A DNA stretch of 64,000 nucleotides from Nitrospirota bacterium (lineage in GTDB: Bacteria; JACPQY01). Positions 38,015-47,126 of the stretch are shown piece after piece. The notes beneath the pieces were generated by a model. That model was not told where the DNA came from. It saw nothing but the letters and a program-made list of their open reading frames with translations, and searched no databases. Position numbers and translations under genes: made by a program. Location of the stretch: the NCBI GenBank assembly GCA_016180645.1, contig JACPAV010000025.1:1-64000 (forward strand), written 5' to 3'. Numbering within the stretch: the first letter of the stretch is position 1; each line of letters starts with the position of its first letter.

Positions 38015-38632
38015 ATGAAGCCCCATGGGGTCTCTGCGCCGAAACCGGCCCGGAAAAGCGCGGGGCGCTTCTTCGAGGTCTGGGGCGAGGCGGAGACGCG
38101 GTACGAGCACATGCGAGGACTCACCATTCTTTCCCTTCTGGTCGCGCTTGCGGCCGTGGGCCTGGCAGCCGTGCGGAAAGACCGGGTCTATGTGGTCCCG
38201 GGAGCTGCGGGGGTGACCAGACTCGGCGACGAATCGGCGGGACCGGCCTATGCGGTCGACGTGGCGAGGAGTTTTCTCACACAGTATGCGTCCTATCGGC
38301 CCGAGACGATCGAGGGGAACGTCCGATCGGCGCGGACGTACTTGGAGGAGCATCTCCTGGAACCTTTCGACAAGGCGACGATCCGCCAGGTGGAGCGGGC
38401 GAAGAGTCTGTCGCTGTCGCAGCATTTCTGGATCCGGCAGGAAACGGTGGAGCCGACGGGAAAAGATTACAAAGTGGTTCTGGTGGTGTGGCAGGAACTA
38501 TGGAGTCCGCGGGGCAAGGAGTGGGCCGGGACGTACCGGTACGAGATCAGTTTGAAGAAGGTGCCGGTCGCCGGACGGGATTTCCGGGGACTGGCGATCG
38601 TCAACATCGCCCAGCGACAGGAGGCGGCATGA
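38015..38632 (+). CDS. traE: TraE/VirB8-like conjugative transfer protein
   Basis: Single N-terminal TM followed by VYVVP; A..FL..Y.P.T pattern; ATGA-coupled to the traK-like gene. Confidence 0.6.
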   Translation: MKPHGVSAPKPARKSAGRFFEVWGEAETRYEHMRGLTILSLLVALAAVGLAAVRKDRVYVVPGAAGVTRLGDESAGPAYAVDVARSFLTQYASYRPETIEGNVRSARTYLEEHLLEPFDKATIRQVERAKSLSLSQHFWIRQETVEPTGKDYKVVLVVWQELWSPRGKEWAGTYRYEISLKKVPVAGRDFRGLAIVNIAQRQEAA

Positions 38633-39540
38633 ACGGGATGAGTGTCTGGCGGCGGATCCGGTGGGACGTGATCTTAGCCGTGGGCCTGGCGGCAGGGCTG
38701 ACGCGGGGAGCGGCGTTCGCAGTGGATCTCTCGGTACAGCCGTGGAGCCCGGGCAGGACGATCTACGTTCCTCTTCAGGTGGGCAATCCGATGAGCGTGA
38801 AATTTCCCGAAACCCCGAAGCAGTGCGCCGTCCACGACGAACAGCAGCTCACGGTGGAGTATTTCGGGAGGGAGGCCATCTTCAAGGCGCTCAGTTCTTT
38901 CAGCGCGAGCATCTTCTGCATGGACGTGAAGCAGAACACCTACGCGCTCAAAATGGAAACGACCCCCTACGCGGGACCCACGATGATCCAGATCGTCCCG
39001 GAGGAGGGTGCGCCGGTCGGCGCAAAAAGCGATGGGGGCCACGCGTTCTACGGACCCCTCAAGAGACTGCTCCTCGCCATGTACCATCAGCAGCCGCTTG
39101 CGGGCTACGAGATCGAGGTGACGAGCCGGGTGATCGTGGGATCGGAACCGGGATCGCTCCATGTTCGGCAGGTCATGCGGTACGTCTCCGACGTGAGCAA
39201 CCTGATCGGATACGTATTGGAAATTGAGAACCGTCTGCAGGGCCAGGCGCAGGCCGTGGCACCGAGGATGCTCAAGGTTCCGGGGAAGGTCGCGGCGGGC
39301 GTACGGGACATGTATCTCGCGCCGGCGGGGCCGGCGCCGACGCCCCCTCCGCTGCGCTCCGGGGACGATGAGTGGAAGAATCACGGGGTCTTTGCATCGC
39401 CGGAGGCGTACCTGGGTTATCCGACGAAGACGGTGGCGTGGATGGTGGTGGACCGCCGGGCGCTGCCGGAGGGACTCGACAAGGGGACGGACACGCTGCC
39501 GTTAACGGTGAATCCCGAGACGCGCAAGGACGGAGACTAG
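38629..39540 (+). CDS. traK: TraK-like T4SS outer-membrane core protein
   Basis: Signal peptide; LKRLLLAM..PLAGY, Y..L.GYVLEIEN; lies immediately upstream of traB. Confidence 0.7.
   Translation: MNGMSVWRRIRWDVILAVGLAAGLTRGAAFAVDLSVQPWSPGRTIYVPLQVGNPMSVKFPETPKQCAVHDEQQLTVEYFGREAIFKALSSFSASIFCMDVKQNTYALKMETTPYAGPTMIQIVPEEGAPVGAKSDGGHAFYGPLKRLLLAMYHQQPLAGYEIEVTSRVIVGSEPGSLHVRQVMRYVSDVSNLIGYVLEIENRLQGQAQAVAPRMLKVPGKVAAGVRDMYLAPAGPAPTPPPLRSGDDEWKNHGVFASPEAYLGYPTKTVAWMVVDRRALPEGLDKGTDTLPLTVNPETRKDGD
39344..39399 (+). repeat. Repeat A, in frame in the traK-like gene (PPLRSGDDEWKNHGVFAS)
   Basis: Direct alignment. Confidence 0.88.
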
Positions 39541-39567
39541 CAAGAAGAGAAAGGTAGGAAGGAAACC

Positions 39568-41103
39568 GTGGAAGAAGGAGAAAGGGGCAAGACGGGTGGC
39601 GACGCGGGATCGATGCCGGGATCCTATGATTCTTCTCCTCATCGTCTCCGGAGAGAAGCGGAGGGGGCGCCGGTCGGTTCGGGAGCGGAGGATGGAACCG
39701 AGATTAGCGGGTCGTGCGCTGTCGGAGAGAGCAACCCGGGACCTGCGTCGGTGGCGGCGCAGGATCCCCATAACTATTCCCATCGCCGTCCCCGGAGCAA
39801 CGCAGAGTGGACGGAAAGAATGGACCTCACACTGAAAACCCACGGGCTTTCACGCCGGCAGGCGGTCGTGGGCGCAGGTCTTGTGCTGGCGGCCCTTATG
39901 GCGATCATCACGGCCGGGCGGGCAACCGGAGAGGCGCCGCCACTGGACGTTCTGAAGGAGGGCGTCGTAGGCGGTGCCGAGGCGCAGCCTACGGGGAAGG
40001 CTGTCCAAGCCGCGGTGAATTTGCCGCCCGTGCTGGGCGGCGCGGAGGGAATTGAGGGAGAGACGCCGGCGAAGCCGGAGGAGGATCCGGTAGCACGGTG
40101 GCGAGCGATGGGCGCCGAGGCTGAAGCGGCGGGAGGCGAGCAGAGGGCGGTAGTAAGAGCCGGAAGTGGGTTCGACTCCGCTCAGAATGCGGATGCGCTG
40201 ATCAACCGGGAGAAAATGAAGGATATGGAGCGACGCCTTGAGGAGTCGGAGGAGTCGAGGCACCAGCTGGAACTCTCCCTCATGAAGGAGATCGCCGAGC
40301 TGAAGAACAAGGCGGAGGGTGGGCGATCCATCACAACCATTTCAGGGAGCGGCGGGGCGTCCGGTTCGGAAGGCCACGCAGGCCACGAGGGCATGGCGGA
40401 GGCGCGACCGGTCGGGAGAGGGAAAATTATTGTGAACCCGAGCGCGGGCGCGGCTTCGGACGAGAGCGGCGTGTACTTTCCGAGCGGAAGTTTCGCGGCA
40501 GGCGTGCTGCTGACGGGTGCGCTCGCCCCGGATACGGATCAGCAGCTGCCGTACCCGCTGCTCGTGCGTCTGCAGGGTTCGTTCGTGGGACCGAACCGAT
40601 TCAAGATTCCGGCGCACGGGTGTTTCGCGCTGGGGCGGGCGAGCGGCCGGGCGGTGGCGAGGCGCGCGGAGATCCAGGTGTTTCAGATGAGCTGCGTCTA
40701 TGAGGACGGGACGTCGATGGACCGCAAGATCAACGGCTGGGTGTCGGGCGAAGACGGCATCCTGGGGGTGCCGGGTATTGTGGAGAACCATGACGGCCTG
40801 TACATCGCGGGGACGATTGCCGCCCGGACCGCGCAGGCGTTTTCGCAGGCGATTGCGGCGTCGCAGCTGACGACGCAGCTCACGCCGCTGGGCGGCGCTC
40901 AGCAGAAGGTGGACGGAAGTCTCGTGTCTTACGGGTTTTCGAGCGCGGGCGCGGGTTTCTTCGACTCGCTCGCAAAGATTATGGAAGAAAGGATCCGTCG
41001 CAACGTTCCGGTCATCAGAGTGGAACCGGGAAAGGAGATTCATGTCGTACTGGCTCAAGGTTTCGAGGGGATGCCCCCCGATCTGGCTCTTCCTGTGCAC
41101 TAG
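39568..41103 (+). CDS. traB: TraB/VirB10-family conjugation protein (start 39568 or 39820)
   Basis: TM, coiled coil, then P.GSF..GVLLTG..AP, PN..GCF.LG..G..RA.I..MSC, G.V.G.DG..GVPG, VI.V.PG. Confidence 0.88.
   Translation: MEEGERGKTGGDAGSMPGSYDSSPHRLRREAEGAPVGSGAEDGTEISGSCAVGESNPGPASVAAQDPHNYSHRRPRSNAEWTERMDLTLKTHGLSRRQAVVGAGLVLAALMAIITAGRATGEAPPLDVLKEGVVGGAEAQPTGKAVQAAVNLPPVLGGAEGIEGETPAKPEEDPVARWRAMGAEAEAAGGEQRAVVRAGSGFDSAQNADALINREKMKDMERRLEESEESRHQLELSLMKEIAELKNKAEGGRSITTISGSGGASGSEGHAGHEGMAEARPVGRGKIIVNPSAGAASDESGVYFPSGSFAAGVLLTGALAPDTDQQLPYPLLVRLQGSFVGPNRFKIPAHGCFALGRASGRAVARRAEIQVFQMSCVYEDGTSMDRKINGWVSGEDGILGVPGIVENHDGLYIAGTIAARTAQAFSQAIAASQLTTQLTPLGGAQQKVDGSLVSYGFSSAGAGFFDSLAKIMEERIRRNVPVIRVEPGKEIHVVLAQGFEGMPPDLALPVH
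39611..39666 (-). repeat. Repeat A, diverged, in the traB 5' region
   Basis: Reverse-complement alignment. Confidence 0.75.
39755..39810 (-). repeat. Repeat A, diverged (subtype 2-like), in the traB 5' region
   Basis: Reverse-complement alignment. Confidence 0.7.
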
Positions 41104-41491
41104 CCTGGCGCTCTCGGCGTCCGTCGGCTGTTCCGCGCGGGCGCGAATGAGGACGCTGGGCGAGACGTACCGGGAGGCCCTTTCGGAAGGGACGCGCAAA
41201 GAGGGGCGGGCTTACCTGGACCAACTCCAGGTGGAGCGCCCGGCCGGGTTTGCCGAGCCGTTTACGCCCGTGAGAAGGAGCGAGGAGAGCCAAGCGTACT
41301 GGGTCGAGCCGTATTTTGCCGGGGAGGACGAGGCGCACGACGGCCACTGGATGGTGATCATCGTGAAAGGGAGTACATGGAATTCCGACCTGGTGCTGCA
41401 GAAGGGTCTGCTGGCGCTGCCGGGACCCACGATGCCGAAGCCTCCGAGAGCGATGGCGGACGAAGGGACGATGAACGGGGGCATCAAGTAA
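41042..41491 (+). CDS. traV: TraV-like lipoprotein
   Basis: Lipobox SVGC; PVRR..WVEPY..H.GHW..IV..W; follows traB. Confidence 0.7.
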   Translation: MSYWLKVSRGCPPIWLFLCTSLALSASVGCSARARMRTLGETYREALSEGTRKEGRAYLDQLQVERPAGFAEPFTPVRRSEESQAYWVEPYFAGEDEAHDGHWMVIIVKGSTWNSDLVLQKGLLALPGPTMPKPPRAMADEGTMNGGIK

Positions 41492-41559
41492 GAGGTGAAG
41501 GCAAAGGTGAGAAGGCAAAAGTGGGCGAGGGAGAAAGCGAGAATATCAACGTGCAGGAC

Positions 41560-44500
41560 ATGAAGAATCTGAAGAAACGGAAGGGCGCTTGGGCAGGCTC
41601 ACGACCTCATAAGGCGCTGAGTCAATCGAAGGGAGCGCAACCGAGCGGCGCCAGGACGGCACAGCCGTCCGGCCCTGCCTGCCGCGACGCCTCCGCGTCC
41701 TGCGGCGCAGGCAGGGACTCGCTGGACGCGACGAAGCGGGGCGTTCCCGTCTTGAGTTTCCTCCTGGCCGCGGCGGCGCTCTGCGGGACGGCGGCGTGCG
41801 CCCCGCCGGAGCCGGCGACGTACATCATCTATATCGAGGCGGAGAAGTCGCTCACGTCGGCGGTGGAGAGATTTGCGCCGGTGGCACGGATCGACCGGGG
41901 GGAGAGCGTGCTGGACGACGGCGTACCGGTGGGCTTCCAGATCGGCGAGGACGGCGCGTCGTATGTGTCGCTGGGATTCGAAGGTCGGCTTGGGAATGCG
42001 GAGGACCCGGTCACTCTGACGCTCCATGACCGGAGAGTGGATCTCATCGGCGTGAAGCTCATGCGGGCCAGGAACAGTGAGGGGGTCCTGACGCGGGACG
42101 GCGAGGCGACGGCGTTTCCCGATTCGGACGAGGACGGCGTGGAAAATCTCATCGAGGCGTATCTGGGGACGGATCCCTTCTCGAAAGGGCAAAGGCCGCC
42201 CGAGGACCAGGCGCAAAAGATTGCGGAGGATGTCTTTCCGGAACTGGCTTCTCAGCGAAAGGCGCGTAGCACCGGGAATACGGGAGGGGCTGGGGCCGGC
42301 GACCCCGGTGCGGGGGTCGATACGAAAATCACGACAAAACCTTCGAAGCCCGTGTCATCGGATGCCGTAACAATTCGGTTCATCGCGGTGGGGAAGGCGG
42401 AGGGGGCGAGGTTGGAATGTTCGGTGGACGACGGTGCGTTTGGGGAGTGTGTCTCGCCGCTGACGCTTACGGGCCTCGCGGAAGGGCCGCACCGGTTGCG
42501 GGTCAGGGCGGTCGCCGGCGACGGCGAGGTGGATGCGACGCCGGCGGAGGCCGTCGTCGTCGTGGACCGCACGCCACCCGCGACGAAAATCACGGGGACC
42601 CCATCGGGCGTGAAGAACGAGGGGAAAGTGTCTCTCCAGTTTGAGTCGACGGAGGCGGGGAGCGCATTCCTGTGTTCCGTGGATCAGAGCCCGGTGCAGG
42701 CGTGTTCGCCCGGTCAGGGAGTTTCAGTCGGATCGGACGGCCGCCACACCATTCGGGTCTTCGCCATGGATGCCGCGGGAAACCGGGATCCTGTAGGAGC
42801 GGAGGCGGTTGTGGATGTGGATCTGACGCCGCCGACGGTAAAGTGGCTTGCCGCGCCGGCCGCCGTGACGAACCGCACGGAGGTAACGGTGACGGCTGCC
42901 GCGGAGGACCGCGCGGGAGTCGCTGTGATCGAGTGCGCGGTGCGCGGTGCTGCCGAGAAGGATCAGTCGCCCCCTCCGCTGCGCTCCACGGACGACGAGA
43001 TGAAGAATCATGGGGTCTTTACGTCGCCCCGGTGGGAGGCCTGCGGGTCGGGCATGATGGTCCGGGGACTGGCGGAGGGCGCCTTCGTGGCCATGACCCG
43101 GGCGAAGGATCGGGCGGGAAACGTGAGTGCCGTTCTCGAAACAGCTTTCATCGTGGACCTCACGGCGCCGGCCGTTCGCATCAAGGAGGGGCCGGCCGAG
43201 GTCAGCGCGATGAAGCAGGTGTCGTTCGTCCTGGAAGGCTCGGAGGATGTAGAGACCTTCCGCTGCGGAATGGACGAAGAGTGGTCGGCCTGCGGGGGTA
43301 CCTGGAGCGTGCCGAGCGTGCCGGAGGGGCGCCACTTGGCGCAGGCCGAGGGCGTCGACAAGGCGGGTAACGTGGGCCGAAGCGAGGCGTACGCCTTTAC
43401 GATCGATCGATCGCCGCCGGAGATCCGGGTCGTGTCCGGGCCGGTGGATGGGACCAACCAGTCGTCGGTTGTCTTTCGGATGGGGATTACAGATGCGCTT
43501 TCGGGTGGGGCAAGGCTCGAGTGTTCCGCGGACGGCGGGGCGTTCAGCGATTGCCTGGAAAAGGGCGTGACGTTTTCAAGCCTGACGACCGGAGCGCACG
43601 TGCTCGCCGTGAGGGCGGCGGATGGAGCGGGGAATGCGGCGGCAAGCAAATTTACGTTTGTTGTGGACCGGACGGCGCCGACGGTGACGGCCTCCGTGGC
43701 GGCCGGCTGGCTCAAGTCGCCGGGGGCGGTGATGTTCTCGGCGGCCGACGACAGCGGCGTCGCCCCGGCGGTCGACTACTGTTTCGCTCTGGGGGCAGGG
43801 TCCTGTGTGCCGTCGGTTCGCGCGGTCGATGGAGTGGGAGAGATAAGCTGCGAGGCCGGGGCGATCTGCGAGGGAAACGTGCATTTCACGGCGGTGGACC
43901 GGGCGGGGAACCGCTCGGAGGTTGTGCGCGTAAGCGTCAAGGTGGATGCGCAGGGGCCTATGATCGGGGGGGATGTCGCGTTCACGATGATGGGGACGCG
44001 AGGCGCGAGTCTGAGCGCGCGATTCGATGACGCGGGTGTAGGCGAAGTGAAAGACTGTCTTCTTGAGTTTGCGGACTCCGCGGGCGTGACGAGTCAAACG
44101 AAAGCGGCGGTGGGTGGAGTGTGTTCGGTCTCGCGCGCATGCGAAAGAAAAGGACCACTCGTCTTGGGTGTCGTGGCGCTCGATGCGGTAGGGAACGGAT
44201 CGGCCCTGGTGGAAAGGACGATGACCTGCGATTCGGCGCCGCCCGCGACAAGTATTACGTTTGGGCCGGACGTGAAGGAGTCCCCCGGGAGGTTCATCGA
44301 CGGCGGGCCCGGGTTCACGACGAGACGCTACCCGTTCGCGGTGACGGACGGGGACGGTGTGGGGCCACGGGAGGTGCGCTACTGGGTGACGGGCATGAGC
44401 GGGGAGGCGAGCTGCTTGTGGACGAGCCCGGGAGGCTGCGGTTTCGAGGTTGCGTGTTTGGGTTCGGTTTGCCTCGGAACGGTCCGGTTCTACTCGGTCG

Positions 44501-45912
44501 ACCAGTTCGGGAATGAAGAGGCGCTGAAGGCGGTGGCTTATACCATCGATCGAAAGGGCCCGGTGTTCGCTTTCGTGGCCGACGGAGAACTGTACGGACG
44601 AGACGCGGCCGTTCTGTCTTCGAAAGGGGTGACGCTGCGCGCGTGCGGGAACTTCTATGCCAGCGACACGACGACCACGGTCGCGCGGTACGAGGCGGGT
44701 CTGTCACAGGGGGTGAGCGGCTGCGGGAGGTCCGACGTGTCGTTCGCGGGGATCTCGCCGTCCGACGCGCTTCGCCCGGCGGGATGCGTTTCAATGGCCG
44801 GTCGTCCGGCGAACAACCGGTACTGTTTCACGGTCAAGGCATACGACGAGTTTGGAAACGTCGGGTGTGCGTCGTCGTGCGACAGGGAGGCCGGGGTGTA
44901 CTTTTTCGACAATGGAGGACTGGGCCTGTTTTCGCCGGCGGAGGTCGTCGTGCAGAACCGGAGCGACGGGGCGAGTGTGATCAGTATCGGCGGACCCGAC
45001 AAAGTTGTCCGGTATAGCCCGCTCGCCGGCGGTTTCGAAAAGGTGACCGACCTGGCGCCGGTTGCGGCCGGTCCGGAGGCCGTTCGGATGGGCATCTTGG
45101 ACGACGGCTGCGTACAGACGTTCTACGAGACTCCGCTTCCCACGGAGGTGAGGGTTGTAGGCTGCCCGTCAATGGAAGAGGGAGTGCTCTCGGGGGCTGA
45201 GGCGCTCCTCGGAACGTCGAAGGGATCGTTTTGGGTCACAACGGGGGCCAATGCGCTCATAGGATTCGGCACATGGGATCCGGCGAAGGCCGTCGCCGTA
45301 AGCATGACGGATGTCCTGCCGCTACCGAAGGAGGGACTCACGCGCGCCCTGGCCTCGACGTCGTCGAGTTCGACGGCGCATGTAAAGTGGGTGGCCACGG
45401 GGGCGAGAAGCTCATCGCCAGGATCGGCTTTCTCCATTCGAAGAATCGTCCATCCGTCCCATGAGATTTCAATTCTTGATGCGTCGGCTCTCTCGGACGG
45501 CCAGAATACGTATGCGCTCGAGGGCATCGCGCTGGTCGTTGTCGAGGAGGCGGGCGAATCCCTCGTGATCGCGCAGGGTGTTCGGCAGACGAATTCGGGC
45601 TTCGTCCGGAAATTGTTCTACGGTTTTACGACTCCGGCTGGAACGGTTGCGATGAGGATACTGGGGGACGGGGCATCGGGTTTTCCGGTTGCGGCTGTCT
45701 TGCCAGGCGTGTGCAGCGACGCGAAGAGGATCGTCGTGGGAGTCGGCTCTGGGCTGATCCGCGGAAAACTGGACCTCGGGACGCGAGCGATTACGGGCAT
45801 CGAGACCAGCCAGTATCCGGGATGGGTGTTCCAGTCGCTTGGGGCCGACATGGAATGCCAAGTGTACGGCACCGTAATTGCGGATGGGGCACGATATGTC
45901 GTGACACCGTAA
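41560..45912 (+). CDS. Giant Ig-like repeat surface lipoprotein (paralog of 17857-23193)
   Basis: Lipobox TAAC; DSDEDGVEN..E..GTDP; about 10 units of C.x8-9.C..G.H..A.D.AGN..VD.T.P; start approximate. Confidence 0.82.
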   Translation: MKNLKKRKGAWAGSRPHKALSQSKGAQPSGARTAQPSGPACRDASASCGAGRDSLDATKRGVPVLSFLLAAAALCGTAACAPPEPATYIIYIEAEKSLTSAVERFAPVARIDRGESVLDDGVPVGFQIGEDGASYVSLGFEGRLGNAEDPVTLTLHDRRVDLIGVKLMRARNSEGVLTRDGEATAFPDSDEDGVENLIEAYLGTDPFSKGQRPPEDQAQKIAEDVFPELASQRKARSTGNTGGAGAGDPGAGVDTKITTKPSKPVSSDAVTIRFIAVGKAEGARLECSVDDGAFGECVSPLTLTGLAEGPHRLRVRAVAGDGEVDATPAEAVVVVDRTPPATKITGTPSGVKNEGKVSLQFESTEAGSAFLCSVDQSPVQACSPGQGVSVGSDGRHTIRVFAMDAAGNRDPVGAEAVVDVDLTPPTVKWLAAPAAVTNRTEVTVTAAAEDRAGVAVIECAVRGAAEKDQSPPPLRSTDDEMKNHGVFTSPRWEACGSGMMVRGLAEGAFVAMTRAKDRAGNVSAVLETAFIVDLTAPAVRIKEGPAEVSAMKQVSFVLEGSEDVETFRCGMDEEWSACGGTWSVPSVPEGRHLAQAEGVDKAGNVGRSEAYAFTIDRSPPEIRVVSGPVDGTNQSSVVFRMGITDALSGGARLECSADGGAFSDCLEKGVTFSSLTTGAHVLAVRAADGAGNAAASKFTFVVDRTAPTVTASVAAGWLKSPGAVMFSAADDSGVAPAVDYCFALGAGSCVPSVRAVDGVGEISCEAGAICEGNVHFTAVDRAGNRSEVVRVSVKVDAQGPMIGGDVAFTMMGTRGASLSARFDDAGVGEVKDCLLEFADSAGVTSQTKAAVGGVCSVSRACERKGPLVLGVVALDAVGNGSALVERTMTCDSAPPATSITFGPDVKESPGRFIDGGPGFTTRRYPFAVTDGDGVGPREVRYWVTGMSGEASCLWTSPGGCGFEVACLGSVCLGTVRFYSVDQFGNEEALKAVAYTIDRKGPVFAFVADGELYGRDAAVLSSKGVTLRACGNFYASDTTTTVARYEAGLSQGVSGCGRSDVSFAGISPSDALRPAGCVSMAGRPANNRYCFTVKAYDEFGNVGCASSCDREAGVYFFDNGGLGLFSPAEVVVQNRSDGASVISIGGPDKVVRYSPLAGGFEKVTDLAPVAAGPEAVRMGILDDGCVQTFYETPLPTEVRVVGCPSMEEGVLSGAEALLGTSKGSFWVTTGANALIGFGTWDPAKAVAVSMTDVLPLPKEGLTRALASTSSSSTAHVKWVATGARSSSPGSAFSIRRIVHPSHEISILDASALSDGQNTYALEGIALVVVEEAGESLVIAQGVRQTNSGFVRKLFYGFTTPAGTVAMRILGDGASGFPVAAVLPGVCSDAKRIVVGVGSGLIRGKLDLGTRAITGIETSQYPGWVFQSLGADMECQVYGTVIADGARYVVTP
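42971..43026 (+). repeat. Repeat A, in frame in an Ig-repeat loop (PPLRSTDDEMKNHGVFTS)
   Basis: Direct alignment. Confidence 0.9.
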
Positions 45913-46003
45913 GGGGAGGCTGGGAATCAGCTTTGCCGGCTAGGGCCGCATGAGAATGGTGCGGTGATCTGGGCCGTCTCGCGGGAGATCACCCCATCCC
46001 TCG

Positions 46004-46231
46004 CTATCGAATCAGTCGATACGCGGCCACTTGGAGGGCGCGGGCCAGCTTCGCCAGCGTTCGAAGCGTGATGTTTGCCGACCGGGAACGGGTGGATTCC
46101 AGGCGCTGGTAGTACTTGTAGGGGATCCCGAACCGCTCCATGTCCTCCTGGGTGAGGCCCCGCTGCTCTCGGAATCGCCGGAGGTTCCGGGCGAGCCGCG
46201 CGCGGACGGCTGCGTAACGGTCGGTCGCCAT
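46004..46231 (-). CDS. XRE-family HTH transcriptional regulator
   Basis: NLRRFREQRGLTQE..YYQRLE..NITLRTL.KLA.AL. Confidence 0.85.
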   Translation of the reverse strand: MATDRYAAVRARLARNLRRFREQRGLTQEDMERFGIPYKYYQRLESTRSRSANITLRTLAKLARALQVAAYRLIR

Positions 46232-46258
46232 GGCGCGAATGGTAGCCAGACGGCTTGA

Positions 46259-46290
46259 CCGTAAACACCCCAATATATTAGGGTGTACGG
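46259..46290. promoter_or_regulatory. Palindromic operator candidate between the divergent XRE and response-regulator genes
   Basis: ccgtaaACACCC-caatatatta-GGGTGTacgg, next to TTGACC. Confidence 0.5.
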
Positions 46291-46301
46291 ATGGGCTACG
46301 A

Positions 46302-46724
46302 ATGGATAAACTTCCGGAACTAGGCATGGACGCCACCCACGCGCAAGGATTACGCCGCTCGCCCTTCGGACCCGTGGTTCTCATCGTGGACGATGATGAT
46401 CAGATCCGAAGCCTGCTCCGCCGGCTCCTTTCAGGGCGCTGCCGGTGCATCGAGGCGGCGGATGGAACGGAGGGATACGCGCTCGCGCTCCGCGAAACCC
46501 CGGACATCATCCTCACGGACCATGAGATGCCGGGTCTCAAGGGGGCCGACCTTTGCCGTACGATTCGCGGTTCTCCCGCCCTGGCCGGAACGAAGATCAT
46601 CCTCATGAGCGGGACGTTTTCGGGCGAGGGGGCCTCTCCCGAGAAGGCGAGTGGGTGCGATGCCTTCCTCAAGAAGCCGTTCGACCCGCAGGAACTCTAC
46701 GAAACCCTGGGGCTTGGGGCCTGA
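46302..46724 (+). CDS. Single-domain response regulator (receiver)
   Basis: VLIVDDD, PDIILTDHEMP..G, IILMSG, FLKKPF. Confidence 0.9.
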   Translation: MDKLPELGMDATHAQGLRRSPFGPVVLIVDDDDQIRSLLRRLLSGRCRCIEAADGTEGYALALRETPDIILTDHEMPGLKGADLCRTIRGSPALAGTKIILMSGTFSGEGASPEKASGCDAFLKKPFDPQELYETLGLGA

Positions 46725-47126
46725 AGACGGTTGTGTGACCGCGGGGTGACCTCCCTCCACGCCATGCCCCGGCGCGAGCGGACCGTGGATCGGAGCAATT
46801 CCGTCATCGACTCTGGACAGTGCGACGCGAGGGCATGACGGGCGGTTCAATTCAACCTGCACCGAGGCCATTTCACATGCAGCCCTTCCTGGGCCACTTT
46901 TGCGTGGGCCCTCGCCGTCATTATCCCTCACAAAGCGGTTACCGGCTTGTGGGCTGAGCCGGTCATCCTTGGTGAGCCGGAAAAGGAGGCGCACCTTGAT
47001 GGCCGTCATAGGCAATCGGAATCCGGTGAGCGCATACTTTGTGCCAAGGAGGAAGCTGGTATGCGCAGTCCGCGCGGGTCTTGGATCAGCCGGCGAGGTA
47101 ACCCTGTCAGGGGAGGAGACTCCGGC

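Noticed and set aside
404-43026. Repeat A or B as a CRISPR array
   Set aside because: Copies are dispersed over kilobases in both orientations, with no repeat-spacer periodicity and no cas genes.
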